A stretch of DNA of 61,833 bases, counting the filler, from Nemertoderma westbladi (Eukaryota; Animalia; Xenacoelomorpha): the NCBI GenBank assembly GCA_032718475.1. It is 3 parts of 3 records of this genome, joined end to end, with 100 filler letters (N's around TTAATTAATTAA, not from the genome) between each part and the next. Parts side by side here need not be neighbours in the genome. Positions count along the whole stretch, not along the records: positions 1 to 18,414 come from JAUCBJ010006700.1; positions 18,515 to 34,845 come from JAUCBJ010003143.1; 1 more part is not named here. One strand, given 5' to 3'. Both the position numbers and the translations under genes were made by a program. How positions within the stretch are numbered: position 1 is the first letter of the stretch; the number at the start of each line of letters is the position of its first letter. This document shows positions 11,622 to 22,900 of the stretch, in pieces. The notes beneath the pieces were generated by a model that saw only the letters and a program-made list of their open reading frames with translations, did not search any database and was not told the origin of the DNA.

Positions 11622-12059
11622 CTGCAAAAAATATTAATAAAAATATATTGGAATAATTTACATCATTGTTTGAAAATCATCATCATGGTGGCACTTTTCA
11701 GATTTCAGCGTTTCTGGGGGCGTCCATATATTGATAACAAAATGTATTTTCGTTGTAATTGGTAATTAGTTGATGCAATTTATTGTATTTATATATTTTT
11801 CAGATCGAGTAGGACTACAAGTACCCTACCTTACATGCAACGGGATGATCCAGATAAAACAGGATCCCGGCGAAAAATATGACCCTGATCCCGACTTTTT
11901 GGCCCCGTAATTCGAAGTATATGAATGGAGTAAATTTTGTTGAATAATATGCCACTTAGAAATAGAGTTGATTGACTATTTTGAATGCAGCAAACCAACA
12001 TGTAATAAACTGTAAATTAATTTTCATATCATTTTTTGTTACTAATCTAAACCACTTCA

Positions 12060-12365
12060 TACGCCCACGCCAACCGATCCACCGAGTCGTTGCTTGAGGA
12101 GCGCTGCCGCTACAAGAAGAGGCATTACCGCACCGTCTGTGAGGATAGAAGGATGTCCTTCACTCCCCTAGTAGGAACAGTCGATGGTGTCTGGTACCCA
12201 GATCCTCATCAAGCACATCGCAGAGGCCGTTGTTGGAAAGCACCAAGGGATGCGAGGGAGAGGCCTCGCATGTGTGCTAGGTGGAGTGAGGAGGCGTCTA
12301 CAATTAGCGCTCCTCCGGGCGAGTTCCCTCTGTCTCCGTGGCGGCAGGCGTTCGTGGTGCTCGCT
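12060..12365 (+). pseudogene. Frameshifted C-terminal fragment of a CRE-like non-LTR retrotransposon (restriction-like endonuclease tail)
   Basis: KKRHY...SFTPLVGTVDG in one frame continues as LIKHIAE...VRRRLQLALLRASSLCLRGGR in another. Confidence 0.6.
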
Positions 12366-12369
12366 TGAG

Positions 12370-12620
12370 GACTTAGTTCACTTAATTCCAATTGAAACGA
12401 ATTTAGTTCCAAAATAAATTTTATAAAGCGAACTTAGTTCCAATCGAGGCGAACTTAGTTCCAATCCCAGAATATCAAAACGAACTTAGTTCCAATGGAT
12501 GCGAATTTAAACGTAGTCTTAAACAAACTACGCGTGGCTCGCCCCACACCTGAAACATTGGAACTAAATTCGCTTCCATTGGAACTAAATTCGCTTGCGT
12601 TGGAACTAAGTTCGCATCCC
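12370..12620. repeat. Direct and inverted copies of a GCGAA(C/T)TTAGTTCCAAT motif, probable DNA-transposon subterminal repeats
   Basis: About five forward copies (12370-12500) and three reverse copies (12557-12620). Confidence 0.6.
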
Positions 12621-13922
12621 ATAAGGCTAACATTATAGTTTGAAATATAAAAATCTGTTATAATGCTGATATTATTATTAATCAATTAACACCTCGACTC
12701 CCCTCCGACTACTCTGAGAAGAACAAGATAGAACCGATAGAACAAGATAATAATTTGGCTAACCGCTCTCTATCTTCTACTAGAAAGCCAGCAAGCTGGC
12801 TTTAAACGAACCTGCCCCTCAAACCAGTAGCATGAGTGAGCGAAAATGAAAACACGATAATTGCCATCAACTCAATGATAGAAACACCAGCTGCTGGGCC
12901 TAGTAAGCTACTACTATTTATTGAATGGATAGCCCAAACTGCAGAGAAGTATATTATTGCCAAATTTATTACTATCTCACTCTAACCCAGACAGTAATCA
13001 AACATCAACTGTACGTTTGTATAATGTATTACCCCACCAGATGAATAGCTCTTCCCAGTGAATCATATGACAATAATCTATAAGGTTACTCACTGCTATG
13101 TTAGGTGGGAGGGAGTTGATGATAATGAATGAGGAGGGACCCAACTAACACTACGTTTGTCTATGAAGGGTCTCCTTACAGCCAGATGCTGGCTTTTCTA
13201 GTTGAATCATATTATTCCGCAACTAAATAATTTACTCTTTTAGACGAATTTGTGCGTTTTTTTGCCGGACTAACAAATTTTGGCGACGTTCTGTGCGAGA
13301 TTGGCGATATTTGAAAAGATTCTGAGGCTCAAATATGTTGCTCAGATGACTGAATATCTCAAATAAAAAAGTTGGTGCCTACTCGACGAGTTGAAATCGG
13401 TGAAATTCGACTTTAAATTTGCAAAACCGCTATTTTTCAGTGACCCCTTGATCGAAACGCCACAAAAAATATACAGTCTTGTGCGCAACCAAAATTTATG
13501 GAGAGTTTGTTATTAAAAGTTTTGCGTACCTGCTTGAGTTTTTAAGATATTATACATTATTATATATACACACACACACACAACCACATCGTGTTTTTGA
13601 ACGGCTCAACTCTTGACAAGAACTACCCTGGCCTATTAATAGGCAGGTTCGTTATAATTACAACAGCTTTTATAATTCATTAGATGATTACAACCATGGC
13701 CTGTTACAACATAATAATTATAGTTTGAAGTTGTCTAGAAAATGTCTCGTACACCACCGGGACTCGCTCAGACTAATATATGTGATCACACTGTCACTCA
13801 CACTAATTTATCAGTTTTCTAATATTACGGAATGACGCCCGGCGTGGTGTGGTTGCCATATAAGTTTTTGAAAGGACGTAGGGCTTAAGGGGTCTTAACA
13901 CCACGAGTTAAAATAAATAGAG

Positions 13923-13966
13923 TTTGCCGACAGCCGTTTCACCCTCACGGGCTTCTTCAGGGCTAA
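13923..13966 (-). ncRNA. Minimal type I hammerhead ribozyme
   Basis: Minus strand: GCC-CTGAAGA-AGCCCGTGAGGGT-GAAA-CGGCTG-TC-GGC. This gives stem I GCC/GGC, the CUGANGA core, a stem II hairpin, GAAA and a short near-palindromic stem III. Predicted cleavage after GUC, between 13929 and 13928. Confidence 0.88.
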
Positions 13967-14619
13967 TATATAAAATGTTAAAGCAATACAATTATTTTTA
14001 AAAAGATACATACCAATTTAGAACCTACGGAATTGAGGATGGCACTTAATAGTAAAGTATTAATACAGAAATCGAACGAAGTAAGTAGTGACAGGCAGGT
14101 CTGAAATTTAAAATTAAATACTAATTTAAAATCTTGAAAAGCAATTAAAACTTTCAAACGGGTGGTGACTGCAGTAGGTAGACTGTCGGAATATTAAGAG
14201 ACGGTAAGATAACGTAATGCAAATGCACGTGTAGGATAGGTACTACTGAAGTGCTGTAATTAGGTCTCATAGTAATTAATGCGCAACTACATATAACAGC
14301 AGCACTATGACCGCGGTACAACTGTAGTACGTCCGCAGTACAGCAGTAATATGACTGCCGGTACGCCTGTGGTACCCAATGAATGACAAAAATAAAAATA
14401 CACATACTGTAGGACAGGTACTGTAAGTAGGCCGTACAATAAGGTTAGTGGGGCACCAATACAGTACATTCTGTATAACGTCATAAGGCAGACACAAAAT
14501 GGTTCGTACTGAATCGTGCAATAAACATAAACTGGTGGTTTAATATGCACATACAGTACTTTCAATGTACTAATGTACTGTATGACAAAAATGTAGCGAG
14601 GTAGTTGAATTTGGACCAA

Positions 14620-15085
14620 AGAAAATAAGTGACTGTAAAATTAAAGCAATGTAACGGGGAGTTCAATATGCACGGGGTGGTTCCAAAAAAACAATGTAAC
14701 GGGGTGGTTCAATGTGCACCTAAAATAAGTAGGTGACTGTAAAATAAAAACAATTTAACGGGGTAGTTCAAAAATAAGTAGGTGACTGTAAAATAAAAAC
14801 AATTTCACGGGGTAGTTCAAAAATAAGTAGGTGACTGTAAAATAAAAACAATTTAACGGGGTAGTTCAAAAATAAGTAGGTGACTGTAAAATAAAAACAA
14901 TTTCACGGGGTAGTTCAAAAATAAGTAGGTGACTGTAAAATAAAAACAATTTCACGGGGTAGTTCAAAAATAAGTAGGTTACTGTAAAATAAAAACAATT
15001 TCACGGGGTAGTTCAATATGCAACTAAAATAAGTAAGTGACTTTAAAATAAAAACAATTTAACGGGGTAGTTCAATATGCAACTA
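14620..15085. repeat. 49 bp tandem repeat in the Penelope 3' UTR
   Basis: AAATAAGTAGGTGACTGTAAAATAAAAACAATTT(C/A)ACGGGGTAGTTCAA with period 49 in 14775-14971 and diverged outer copies. Confidence 0.9.
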
Positions 15086-15160
15086 ATAAAACTTGGATAT
15101 ATGTATTTTGAATTAAATAAGTGAAATAAATTTGAAAGATGTGAACGAAGGGTCGTGGAA

Positions 15161-18100
15161 TTAAGTCTGTGGACGCTGCTTGTTCAAAGGAGGGTTGTAC
15201 AAGTGTATGTAGAGCGCTTCAGCACTGAGACGGTCCCAATCGCGCCTGTACTGCTTGAAGGCTGTGACAGTGTACTGTGGGCATTGCGCAAAGTGTTCAA
15301 GTAGATGGTCCTCCTGGCCAGTGCTAGGAGCGCCCTGGCGGTGCTGTCGCACATTGAATCGGTGGCCATTGAGGCGATTGTGCAGTTTCTGCTCGGTTTC
15401 GCCAATGTAGTATTGGTCCGGGTGTTGGGTGCAGGATAGGTAATATAAAATATTGTGAGACTTGCAGGTGAACGCTCCACCTACACGTTCACCCCAGGGA
15501 GTGGTTGTATTGTTCGCGATTTCTTTACACGTGCAGCACGAGCTCACATTGCAAGGGACGTTTCCACTGTGTGTCGGTTTTTCACGTTTCCTGATGAGCT
15601 TGTTTCCGAGTGTTGGAAGGTTGCGAGTCGTTAGTTTAAGGTCGATGCCGTAGGAGTCTAGGAGCCGCCTATACCGCAAAAGTAGCTGCTTAATGGAGGG
15701 TTGAAAGTGTAGTAATATAGGGAGATAGATTGGGTGTTTCTGATGGGGCGGTGGTGTGAGCTTGGTTGTATGGGTAGGTGGGTCCCAGAAGTGCAACGGG
15801 AGTAAAAAGTCCAGGGGGTAGCCTCTATCCGCGCATTGTTCAAGGTATTTAATGCACTGGTGTTGGTACGCCTGTAACGTGGAGGATAAACGACGGAACC
15901 GAGTGAGTTGGGCTTTAACGATAGACTGGAGTGTTTGTTTGTTGTGAAAACTGGTATAGTGGATGGGGAGTTTATTGGAAGTTGGTTTGGTGTAAACGGC
16001 GGTTTGTATAGCGTTGTTCCTATGTGCGATGGTGAGGTCGAGGTAATTAATTGAGGTGTTCGATGATTCCATGGTAAACTGGATGGCCGGGTCGTTGTAT
16101 AATTCTAGGGATGCGCGGTTGTAACGGTCTAGTAGGGTAGATAGTTGGTCCTGATCTACAATGCGGTCGCAGAGCAAGTAATGGTCGTCTACAAAGAAGG
16201 TAAAGAACACACAACTAATGAGGGTAACGCCAAGAACGTGACTATGTATTCGAGCTATACTAAGGATCGAATAGGAAACGCCATAGTTACTCCCCATCGC
16301 AGACCCTATCTTTTGAACGTAATAAGAATTTCGATAGCGGAAGTAATTGTGAGTTAGTAGGTATCGAAGTATGATCTCAAAGTGCTGTATGGTGAATGGG
16401 GAACGCACAGGCAGTGTTGAATCTTCCTTGAGGCATTGGAGTGTAGCTTGGATCCCCAAGTCATGAGGTATCGAGGTGAACATGTCCACCACATCCAGAG
16501 CAATGAATGTTACACCCGTCGAGCCAGTTCGTGTTGGGTGAGCCCTAGCAAAGTGCATGGAGCTCTCAATGTAGTTCGCTGACTGTTGTACGAGTGGTTG
16601 TAAATACCGGTTAAGTAGTTTACCTAAAGGTGTGAAAAATGCATTGGTGTTCGATATTATAGGACGGGCTTTTGGTATTAGGCCACCATTGAGTGAAGGA
16701 AGCCATTGTTCACGCGGTTTGTGGTCCTTTAGTGTGATAAAAGGATAGCCAATGTCAAATGTTGGGGGGAATAGGTGGGCTTTAATGTCATTATTAGAGC
16801 CGAGATCGAGTTTTGCGATAACTTTTCGGAGCTCAGCTCGAAATCGTGACGACGGATCCCTCTCCAATTTGCAATAAACGGCAGAGTCATCAAGAATGCG
16901 CTGTATAGCATGATGCTTATCAGCTTGGTCGACGATAATAATGTTGCCACTTTTGTCACCTTGTAAAAACGCTATCGAAGGGTTCTTGCTAAGTGTAACT
17001 AGCGCCGATCTCTGTGATCTGTTGAGATTGGGCTTGACCCTAGAGTTTAGCTGTTTAAGATTAGTGCAACTGACTGTGACATGTAGGTCCTCAATCAGCT
17101 GCTCGACCACAGCGTTCTCAGACCTGGGAGGAAGATAACGAGGGCGTCGGTAGAATGGAATATCATTAGGTGGGACACGAGGTGTGTCGCGTACGATGTG
17201 GGTTAAATCATGGTTAGGGATGTGGTTTAATCTGGATGAACGGCGAGTTTTCCTAAGCGAGCTTGCCGATGTTGAACGCGTGACAATGCATTGTGAAACC
17301 TCCACGATCTCCTCCACTTTATCAGCTTCCTCTTGTATCGTTTCGGCCGCGTTGGTGGGACTGGCAGTGAATAATCTTCGGCGTGATTTTCTCTGGCCCG
17401 GTGCAGTTGTTGGCGGCGGCACCGTTATAATTGTACGCGTCGGAAGTTCCGGCTGGGGGGGTAGGAACGAACGGTCCAGGTATGAGCACCCTAACCGGGG
17501 TTCGGGAGTTGCAGGTCCCGGTGCATTCCGACCACTCGGTACCGTATTATCCGAGTTTACATCGGTAATCTCGAATAGCTCCTTCTTAAGTTTGTTCCGG
17601 ATCTTTGCTGCTGCTGTGGTAATAGCAATATGCGCTTCCATTTGGTCTCTCACTGTAGCTGGTTTGCTTGGAATAAAATTGTAACCCAAGCCGAGGAGCT
17701 CAGTTTGCGTTTCCGTCAACTGCACAGTTGAAATGTTCACAACTGGAATAACTGAAGTTGTCTTCCGGAGCATTGCAGTTGTCGTACTTGTAGCAGTTGC
17801 CAAATCATTCTGAGTGGATATTTGATCACCGTTCTGTGATGCTCCAGTCGAGTCGGAATAGCGAAGTGGGAAAGGAACGCGTGGGATAGGGTGCGGGATA
17901 ACCGACATGGCCCGGTACCCCTGTTGGAAATCAAACTTGTAGCGGTGACGTTGGACAGTAACACTAAGCTCGCGTTGTTGCACCCGTGCGATATGGAATT
18001 CCAAGTAGTGTAGGGATATGAAGTTGTTGGTGTCGATGGAGTGTTGCTGGAGGCGACGTACGTGGTTAAAACATAAGTTCTCGGTTCGACATAACCTCCT

Positions 18101-18370
18101 GTACAAATTATCGATTTCTACTGATAGGATCCGCTTAACTAGCATCCTGTGGAGTAGTGGATAGTGTTCGAGAATGGCGGCAGTGCGTTGCATGATATAA
18201 AAGGGTGCCATAGTTCCTCTTTTGTATTCCTTAAGGTTGAAAATTTGGGCCTGAATTTTAACTTTGTCGATAGACAGTTTTAATGATTTGCGGACGTCAA
18301 TAGATGCCCCTGGATTTAAGTTCAGTTTTCTAATATTACGGAATGACGCCCGGCGTGGTGTGGTTGCCAT
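15161..18370 (-). CDS. Penelope-like polyprotein: RT, Cys-rich linker and GIY-YIG endonuclease
   Basis: GDKSG, RPIIS, ALDVVDMFTSIPH, GSAMGS, FFVDD and INYLDL (RT). CNVSSCCTC is the Neptune-type Cys motif. LYYLSC...YYIGET...RLNGHR is the GIY-YIG domain. Likely ATG at 18370 (MATTPRR). Confidence 0.93.
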   Translation of the reverse strand: MATTPRRASFRNIRKLNLNPGASIDVRKSLKLSIDKVKIQAQIFNLKEYKRGTMAPFYIMQRTAAILEHYPLLHRMLVKRILSVEIDNLYRRLCRTENLCFNHVRRLQQHSIDTNNFISLHYLEFHIARVQQRELSVTVQRHRYKFDFQQGYRAMSVIPHPIPRVPFPLRYSDSTGASQNGDQISTQNDLATATSTTTAMLRKTTSVIPVVNISTVQLTETQTELLGLGYNFIPSKPATVRDQMEAHIAITTAAAKIRNKLKKELFEITDVNSDNTVPSGRNAPGPATPEPRLGCSYLDRSFLPPQPELPTRTIITVPPPTTAPGQRKSRRRLFTASPTNAAETIQEEADKVEEIVEVSQCIVTRSTSASSLRKTRRSSRLNHIPNHDLTHIVRDTPRVPPNDIPFYRRPRYLPPRSENAVVEQLIEDLHVTVSCTNLKQLNSRVKPNLNRSQRSALVTLSKNPSIAFLQGDKSGNIIIVDQADKHHAIQRILDDSAVYCKLERDPSSRFRAELRKVIAKLDLGSNNDIKAHLFPPTFDIGYPFITLKDHKPREQWLPSLNGGLIPKARPIISNTNAFFTPLGKLLNRYLQPLVQQSANYIESSMHFARAHPTRTGSTGVTFIALDVVDMFTSIPHDLGIQATLQCLKEDSTLPVRSPFTIQHFEIILRYLLTHNYFRYRNSYYVQKIGSAMGSNYGVSYSILSIARIHSHVLGVTLISCVFFTFFVDDHYLLCDRIVDQDQLSTLLDRYNRASLELYNDPAIQFTMESSNTSINYLDLTIAHRNNAIQTAVYTKPTSNKLPIHYTSFHNKQTLQSIVKAQLTRFRRLSSTLQAYQHQCIKYLEQCADRGYPLDFLLPLHFWDPPTHTTKLTPPPHQKHPIYLPILLHFQPSIKQLLLRYRRLLDSYGIDLKLTTRNLPTLGNKLIRKREKPTHSGNVPCNVSSCCTCKEIANNTTTPWGERVGGAFTCKSHNILYYLSCTQHPDQYYIGETEQKLHNRLNGHRFNVRQHRQGAPSTGQEDHLLEHFAQCPQYTVTAFKQYRRDWDRLSAEALYIHLYNPPLNKQRPQT

Positions 18371-18414
18371 ATAAGTTTTTGAAAGGACGTAGGGCTTAAG
18401 GGGTCTTAACACCA

Positions 18415-18514
18415 NNNNNNNNNNNNNNNNNNNNNNNNNNNNNNNNNNNNNNNNNNNNTTAATTAATTAANNNNNNNNNNNNNNNNNNNNNNNNNNNNNN
18501 NNNNNNNNNNNNNN
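18415..18514. other. Artificial contig-joining linker
   Basis: N-run, TTAATTAATTAA (stops in all six frames), N-run; 100 bp in total. Confidence 0.97.
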
Positions 18515-18691
18515 AAATTAAACCGTCGAACCCAATCTCCCGGGAATATCCAGCGGGTGAATGGTCGCGCACGGATTGGTTTCGACTAGTGTAGTGAATC
18601 AAATACTTGTCATAGGCTAAAAAGCGATTTAATATCTAGAAGACATCTTAATTTGGCGGGTAAAACTGCCAAAGGTCTGAAAGCGCGAACA
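18515..18691 (+). repeat. LTR-like 3' portion, homologous to 31613-31787
   Basis: Shared TCTCCCGGG..TATCCA.CGGGTGAATGGTCGCGCA...CAAATACTTGTCATAGGCTAAA...AAAGCGCGAACA. Homology stops exactly at AACA. Confidence 0.7.
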
Positions 18692-19929
18692 TACTCAGTT
18701 AGAACGCATACTAACTAACCATTTCGGAGTCTGCATATACCGTAGTTTGTTTAGGCTTGATAGTAGTCTGTCAGTATTTGGTCTGCATTTTGTTTGAGTA
18801 GTCTGTACGCGTAGCGTAATATCATCAGGGCTGCTTGGCGTAGGTAAAGACTGGTGATTTTGTGCCCCGGTCACTCCAGCAGATACCGTGGTTCTTTTAG
18901 CTGTTCAAGTATTTTAACTACTGATTATTGGTTGTATAAGTACTTGTACCTAATTAGGGGTTTAGTGTACAGTGCTTTCCGAAGGTAATTAGTGTGTAGG
19001 CAGTATATTTGTGTTGTAAAGTGGTTAATAGGCACGTTGGTTCTGGTAGACCGCGGTAATTAACTTCTAGGTAGGAACACTCCGTGATACATAACGTAGT
19101 ACTTATAGCGATACGGCTATAAGTCGTCAGACGGTGGTATTTTTTCTATCTGGACAACGCAATATATTTACTACTGCTTGTTATTTTCAAATACCGTAGT
19201 ACCCTGTCCGTTGTAATAACCAGATATTCTAACCCTTTGTTAGGCTGGTTTGTAGACTTCTTGTAAAATTACCCTAAAAATTCGTACGTGTAATTTTTTG
19301 TGTTTATTTAGAGATTATAATCTCACCCCGAATTGTACGTAATTTGTAGTATTAAGTAACTTAGGTAAATTATAATTATTTGTTTTAGTGTCCAACAAGT
19401 AGCACTTCACTGAGAGCGCACAGCTTCTGTGTAGTGACTCCCCCCAAAAATAATAAAATTTATTTCAAATATTGACAAAACCCATTAAACGGGTATATAT
19501 ATTATAAATCAACTCAAACGATTTATAAATAGTAGGCCTGCCATACAACAATTAGGTCTAAATATCAGTTGGACTACTGCTTAAATAACGGTAATCAAGT
19601 AAAGCAAAGTAACCAAGTAACCCCTAAAATTTCAGAAATTTCAATTATTCTAAAATAATTGACATACCGGTATTTACCATAGGCTTATTATATTTATTTC
19701 TATAAATTTAGGCTAAAATATCATACCGGTATTCTGTGATTAATTCTAGTCTGTAATAATACTTATATATATACTATAAGCATACCGGTATTCTAAGATA
19801 TTATATATATATCACGCTACACTGAGTAGCAGTATCAGTAATTAATTACTAGGCTAACAGGTGATACTGAATTACTAGACTTGCTTTAACTGTAATATAG
19901 CAGTAGGCAATTCAACTGTACAAACAAAC

Positions 19930-22900
19930 ATGTCTGATACAAAGCAAAACCTGTCAGACAGTCTCCTAGATACAACCATCTGTGACCCAGACAGGAGTGT
20001 GGAACGTGTGAGACCGAAGTTCAACTCACCTCCTACTGTAAGAAAGATCATCCCTCCGGTAGTAATATCAGACCCTAGGCTGGTCCAACACCGTAGGTCT
20101 ATCATAGGCACTCGAGCTCAAGTCAAGCGAGACCAAGAAGCAGCGGAACAGCAGCAACATTCGAGCCGAGAACTTATTTCTCAGCGGTCCGACAGCTCCA
20201 ATAGTGCAGATACTGTAGAGCTGACACCCGAGTGCGGAGCAAAGATGGCGGATGCGGTTTATTCGGATTCCCTTCTCATCCATCCTGCAGCCGTACTCAC
20301 TAGGGTATTAATTGCGGTGGAGGAACACCAGATTGATTGGGCAAGAAGTAAGCGATCGACCAAGGATAGTTATGCGGGATATACGAGGGAAGAACTGAAG
20401 TCTATTGTCGAGTCGCAATGGAACTTCCCCGGACCCGGACTCCCGTTTGACTTATCAGAAGCTGCCTGGGAAGACATATACAGGATGGGAGTAACAAAAG
20501 AAACCATCGATCCAGCTGTATGGAAGAGGTCAGCAGCCGGATACATACAGGGATTCTTCAGCTCCATGGAGCGATTAGAGGAACAATTGTTTAGACAACC
20601 ACAAGGACCTTAAGAGCAGGGAGAGCTGCTTTATCAAGTTAGAGAAAGAATTCTAAGAATCAGACTAATCTTATCTGCCTTTGAGGAGGCTTCGAAAAGA
20701 AGACAAGACACGTCGTTGCAAGTTGCCGTAAAGACTTGGTTACAGCGGGTGAGCCTCCAAGTTCAAAGAACTGCCCCGTGGAAATCTCAGTTGGATGAGC
20801 GCTCAACCCTTGGAGAATCAACAGACGCTACCTTTTCCCAAGTGGAAAGTGAAGCGACAGCAGAGAAACCGCATAAGAGGGATGCTATTGACATCTATCT
20901 GTCAGACTATCAACGCTTTGTAGGTGATGAAGAGTTGAGGAGAAGGCTGGAGGGGCTTAGCCCTAATAGTGAAGGAGCCAAGCTCGTGTTGGACGCAATC
21001 GATGCGGATATGAGAGCTGCGAACCAAGCTAAATTTGATGAACGCCTCCGCATCGCTAGAGTCCAAGAAGAACAAGTAAAGAAAAAACGTATAGAAGACA
21101 GAAAGATAGCAGCAGCGGCAGCAGCAGAGGCAGAAGCAGAAAGAAAAGTGGCAGAAGTGGAAAGAAAAGCGGCAGAGGCAGCGGCAGAGGCAAAAGTGGC
21201 AGCGGCAGAGGCAAAAGTGGCAGCGGCAGAATCAGAAAGAAAAGCGGCAGCGGCAGCGGCAGCAGTAGAAGCGGAAAGAAAGCGAGCAGTGGCAGAAGCA
21301 GAACGAAGAGCATCTGAAGAGACCACCCAACTAGAGTTGGAAAATATTCAAGAGAATCAAGACTGCATAAATAAACAGTTAACAGCTAGTCAAATGCAGA
21401 TGATGAGTCGATCTACTCCCAAAAGACAGGGATATACATCATCTGAGGAAGGCGATACCACCGATACTGAAGGCGGAGGAAATAGATCTCGTCTAAGCAG
21501 ACGTAGAAGAATATCCCACTGTCAGAAATTGCCTGATTTGCCCCCAGCTGTTAGAAGGCAACTAACTAACACAAACTTAGGTAGTACAGAACCCACAGAC
21601 CAAATAATTAAAATAGAAAGACTCCCTACTATAGTAGATGAGCCTGAAATAATTAGGCCTGTTCTCGAAGCCACCCCTTCGGTGATAGAGACACCTGTAC
21701 TCCCTGAACCTGCCTCTAGATTCCATCTGCACAGCACTAAGCTACCTGTGCCTCACAGAACCACCCTTGAAAATGTTCATGTCCTGGACTCCGAGCGAAA
21801 TATTAATGATTTGTCACCCATTGTCCCTCGTCCGCCCGCTACAACGTTGGCGCCTCCCGCTTCGGCGGTCGAGTGGGTAGATGAGGGACGACGGGAAATG
21901 GGTCTCCTGCTCGGGCAGCTGAGGGAACACCGTTCCCGCTCCTCTCAGCAAGTCCAGGAGATGGAGGGGACTGTGCAGCAGTTAAAGGGAACAATTAGAG
22001 AGAGTAGGTTAGAGTTGCAAGAAGTGCAGCAAAGTATCGCGTTAGAACGCGATAAATTAGTAAATACACAAAAGGGTATACCACCACCCCCTGTAACAAT
22101 GTGTCAACCTGTTAGGTCTGAAGTATTTCATGCGCAAGGTGGGGAGCCTACACGCATCTATACTGCTAGCGAAGTGGAAACTCCTATAGTAAACCCTATT
22201 AAGGGTAATTATAAACCTGTTGACAATGATATCCCATATAGACTTGATAATAATCCGAGAAATTTATATACCGATAACTCGATATTAAATAACACGATGG
22301 CCCAAGAAAGTTTTACGCGTCAAATGGCTAGAACCGAAGCCCGTCAAGCAGTAAAGGTGGGAGAGATCGTCAAGTTCAATGGAGATGAGATGAAATGGTT
22401 ACCTTTTAATGAATATTATAAAGATAACATACAGAACTCTGTGCTATCTAACAGAGAGAAACTTAGATTCCTCATCGAGTGTTTGGAAGGATCTCCCAAG
22501 TTAATGGCGTTAAAGTTTATTGGACATCCAGATGGATTAAGACAAGTTTGGGATACACTAAACATCAGGTATGGTAATAGGAATAACATAGCTAGGTATT
22601 TGTATGCGAAATTAATGGCGCCCCGAAAGTTTCTTAGCAGCGGGATTATAGAGTTTTCCGACGAGATTCAGGAGATCTGTAGACAACTAGATTGGTTAGG
22701 TAAGTCTCATGAATACCAGAATTCTATGGTTGTAGAAGCCTTAGCATCTACTTTGCCCAAGGGTGGAGTGGGTACACGCTGGGACAAGAAAGTGTTATAT
22801 ATGATGGAACAACAACGAAGAGACCCTACCATGGCTGATCTCATGTCATTTTTAGATGTAGAGGTAAAATTACAGCTCCTAAAGCAGTCCAGAGAGAAGA

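Larger units (their letters stand above)
13811..18414 (-). mobile_element. Penelope-like element (Neptune type) with downstream direct pseudo-LTR; truncated by the contig end
   Basis: RT plus GIY-YIG ORF. 13811-13903 is identical to 18322-18414 (partial tandem pLTR structure). Hammerhead ribozyme adjacent to the downstream copy. Confidence 0.93.

Noticed and set aside
13730-13780. Second hammerhead-like sequence on the minus strand (CTGAGCGAG...GAGAC)
   Set aside because: The core deviates from CUGANGA/GAAA and the stems do not pair convincingly.
18415-18514. TTAATTAATTAA palindrome as a biological site, and gene linkage across it
   Set aside because: Identical 100 bp N-padded linker occurs twice; it is an assembly concatenation artefact.
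18635-18691. Hammerhead-like CTAGAAGA...GAAA in the LTR-like repeat
   Set aside because: The core is non-canonical and GAAA is not conserved in the homologous copy at ~31775.
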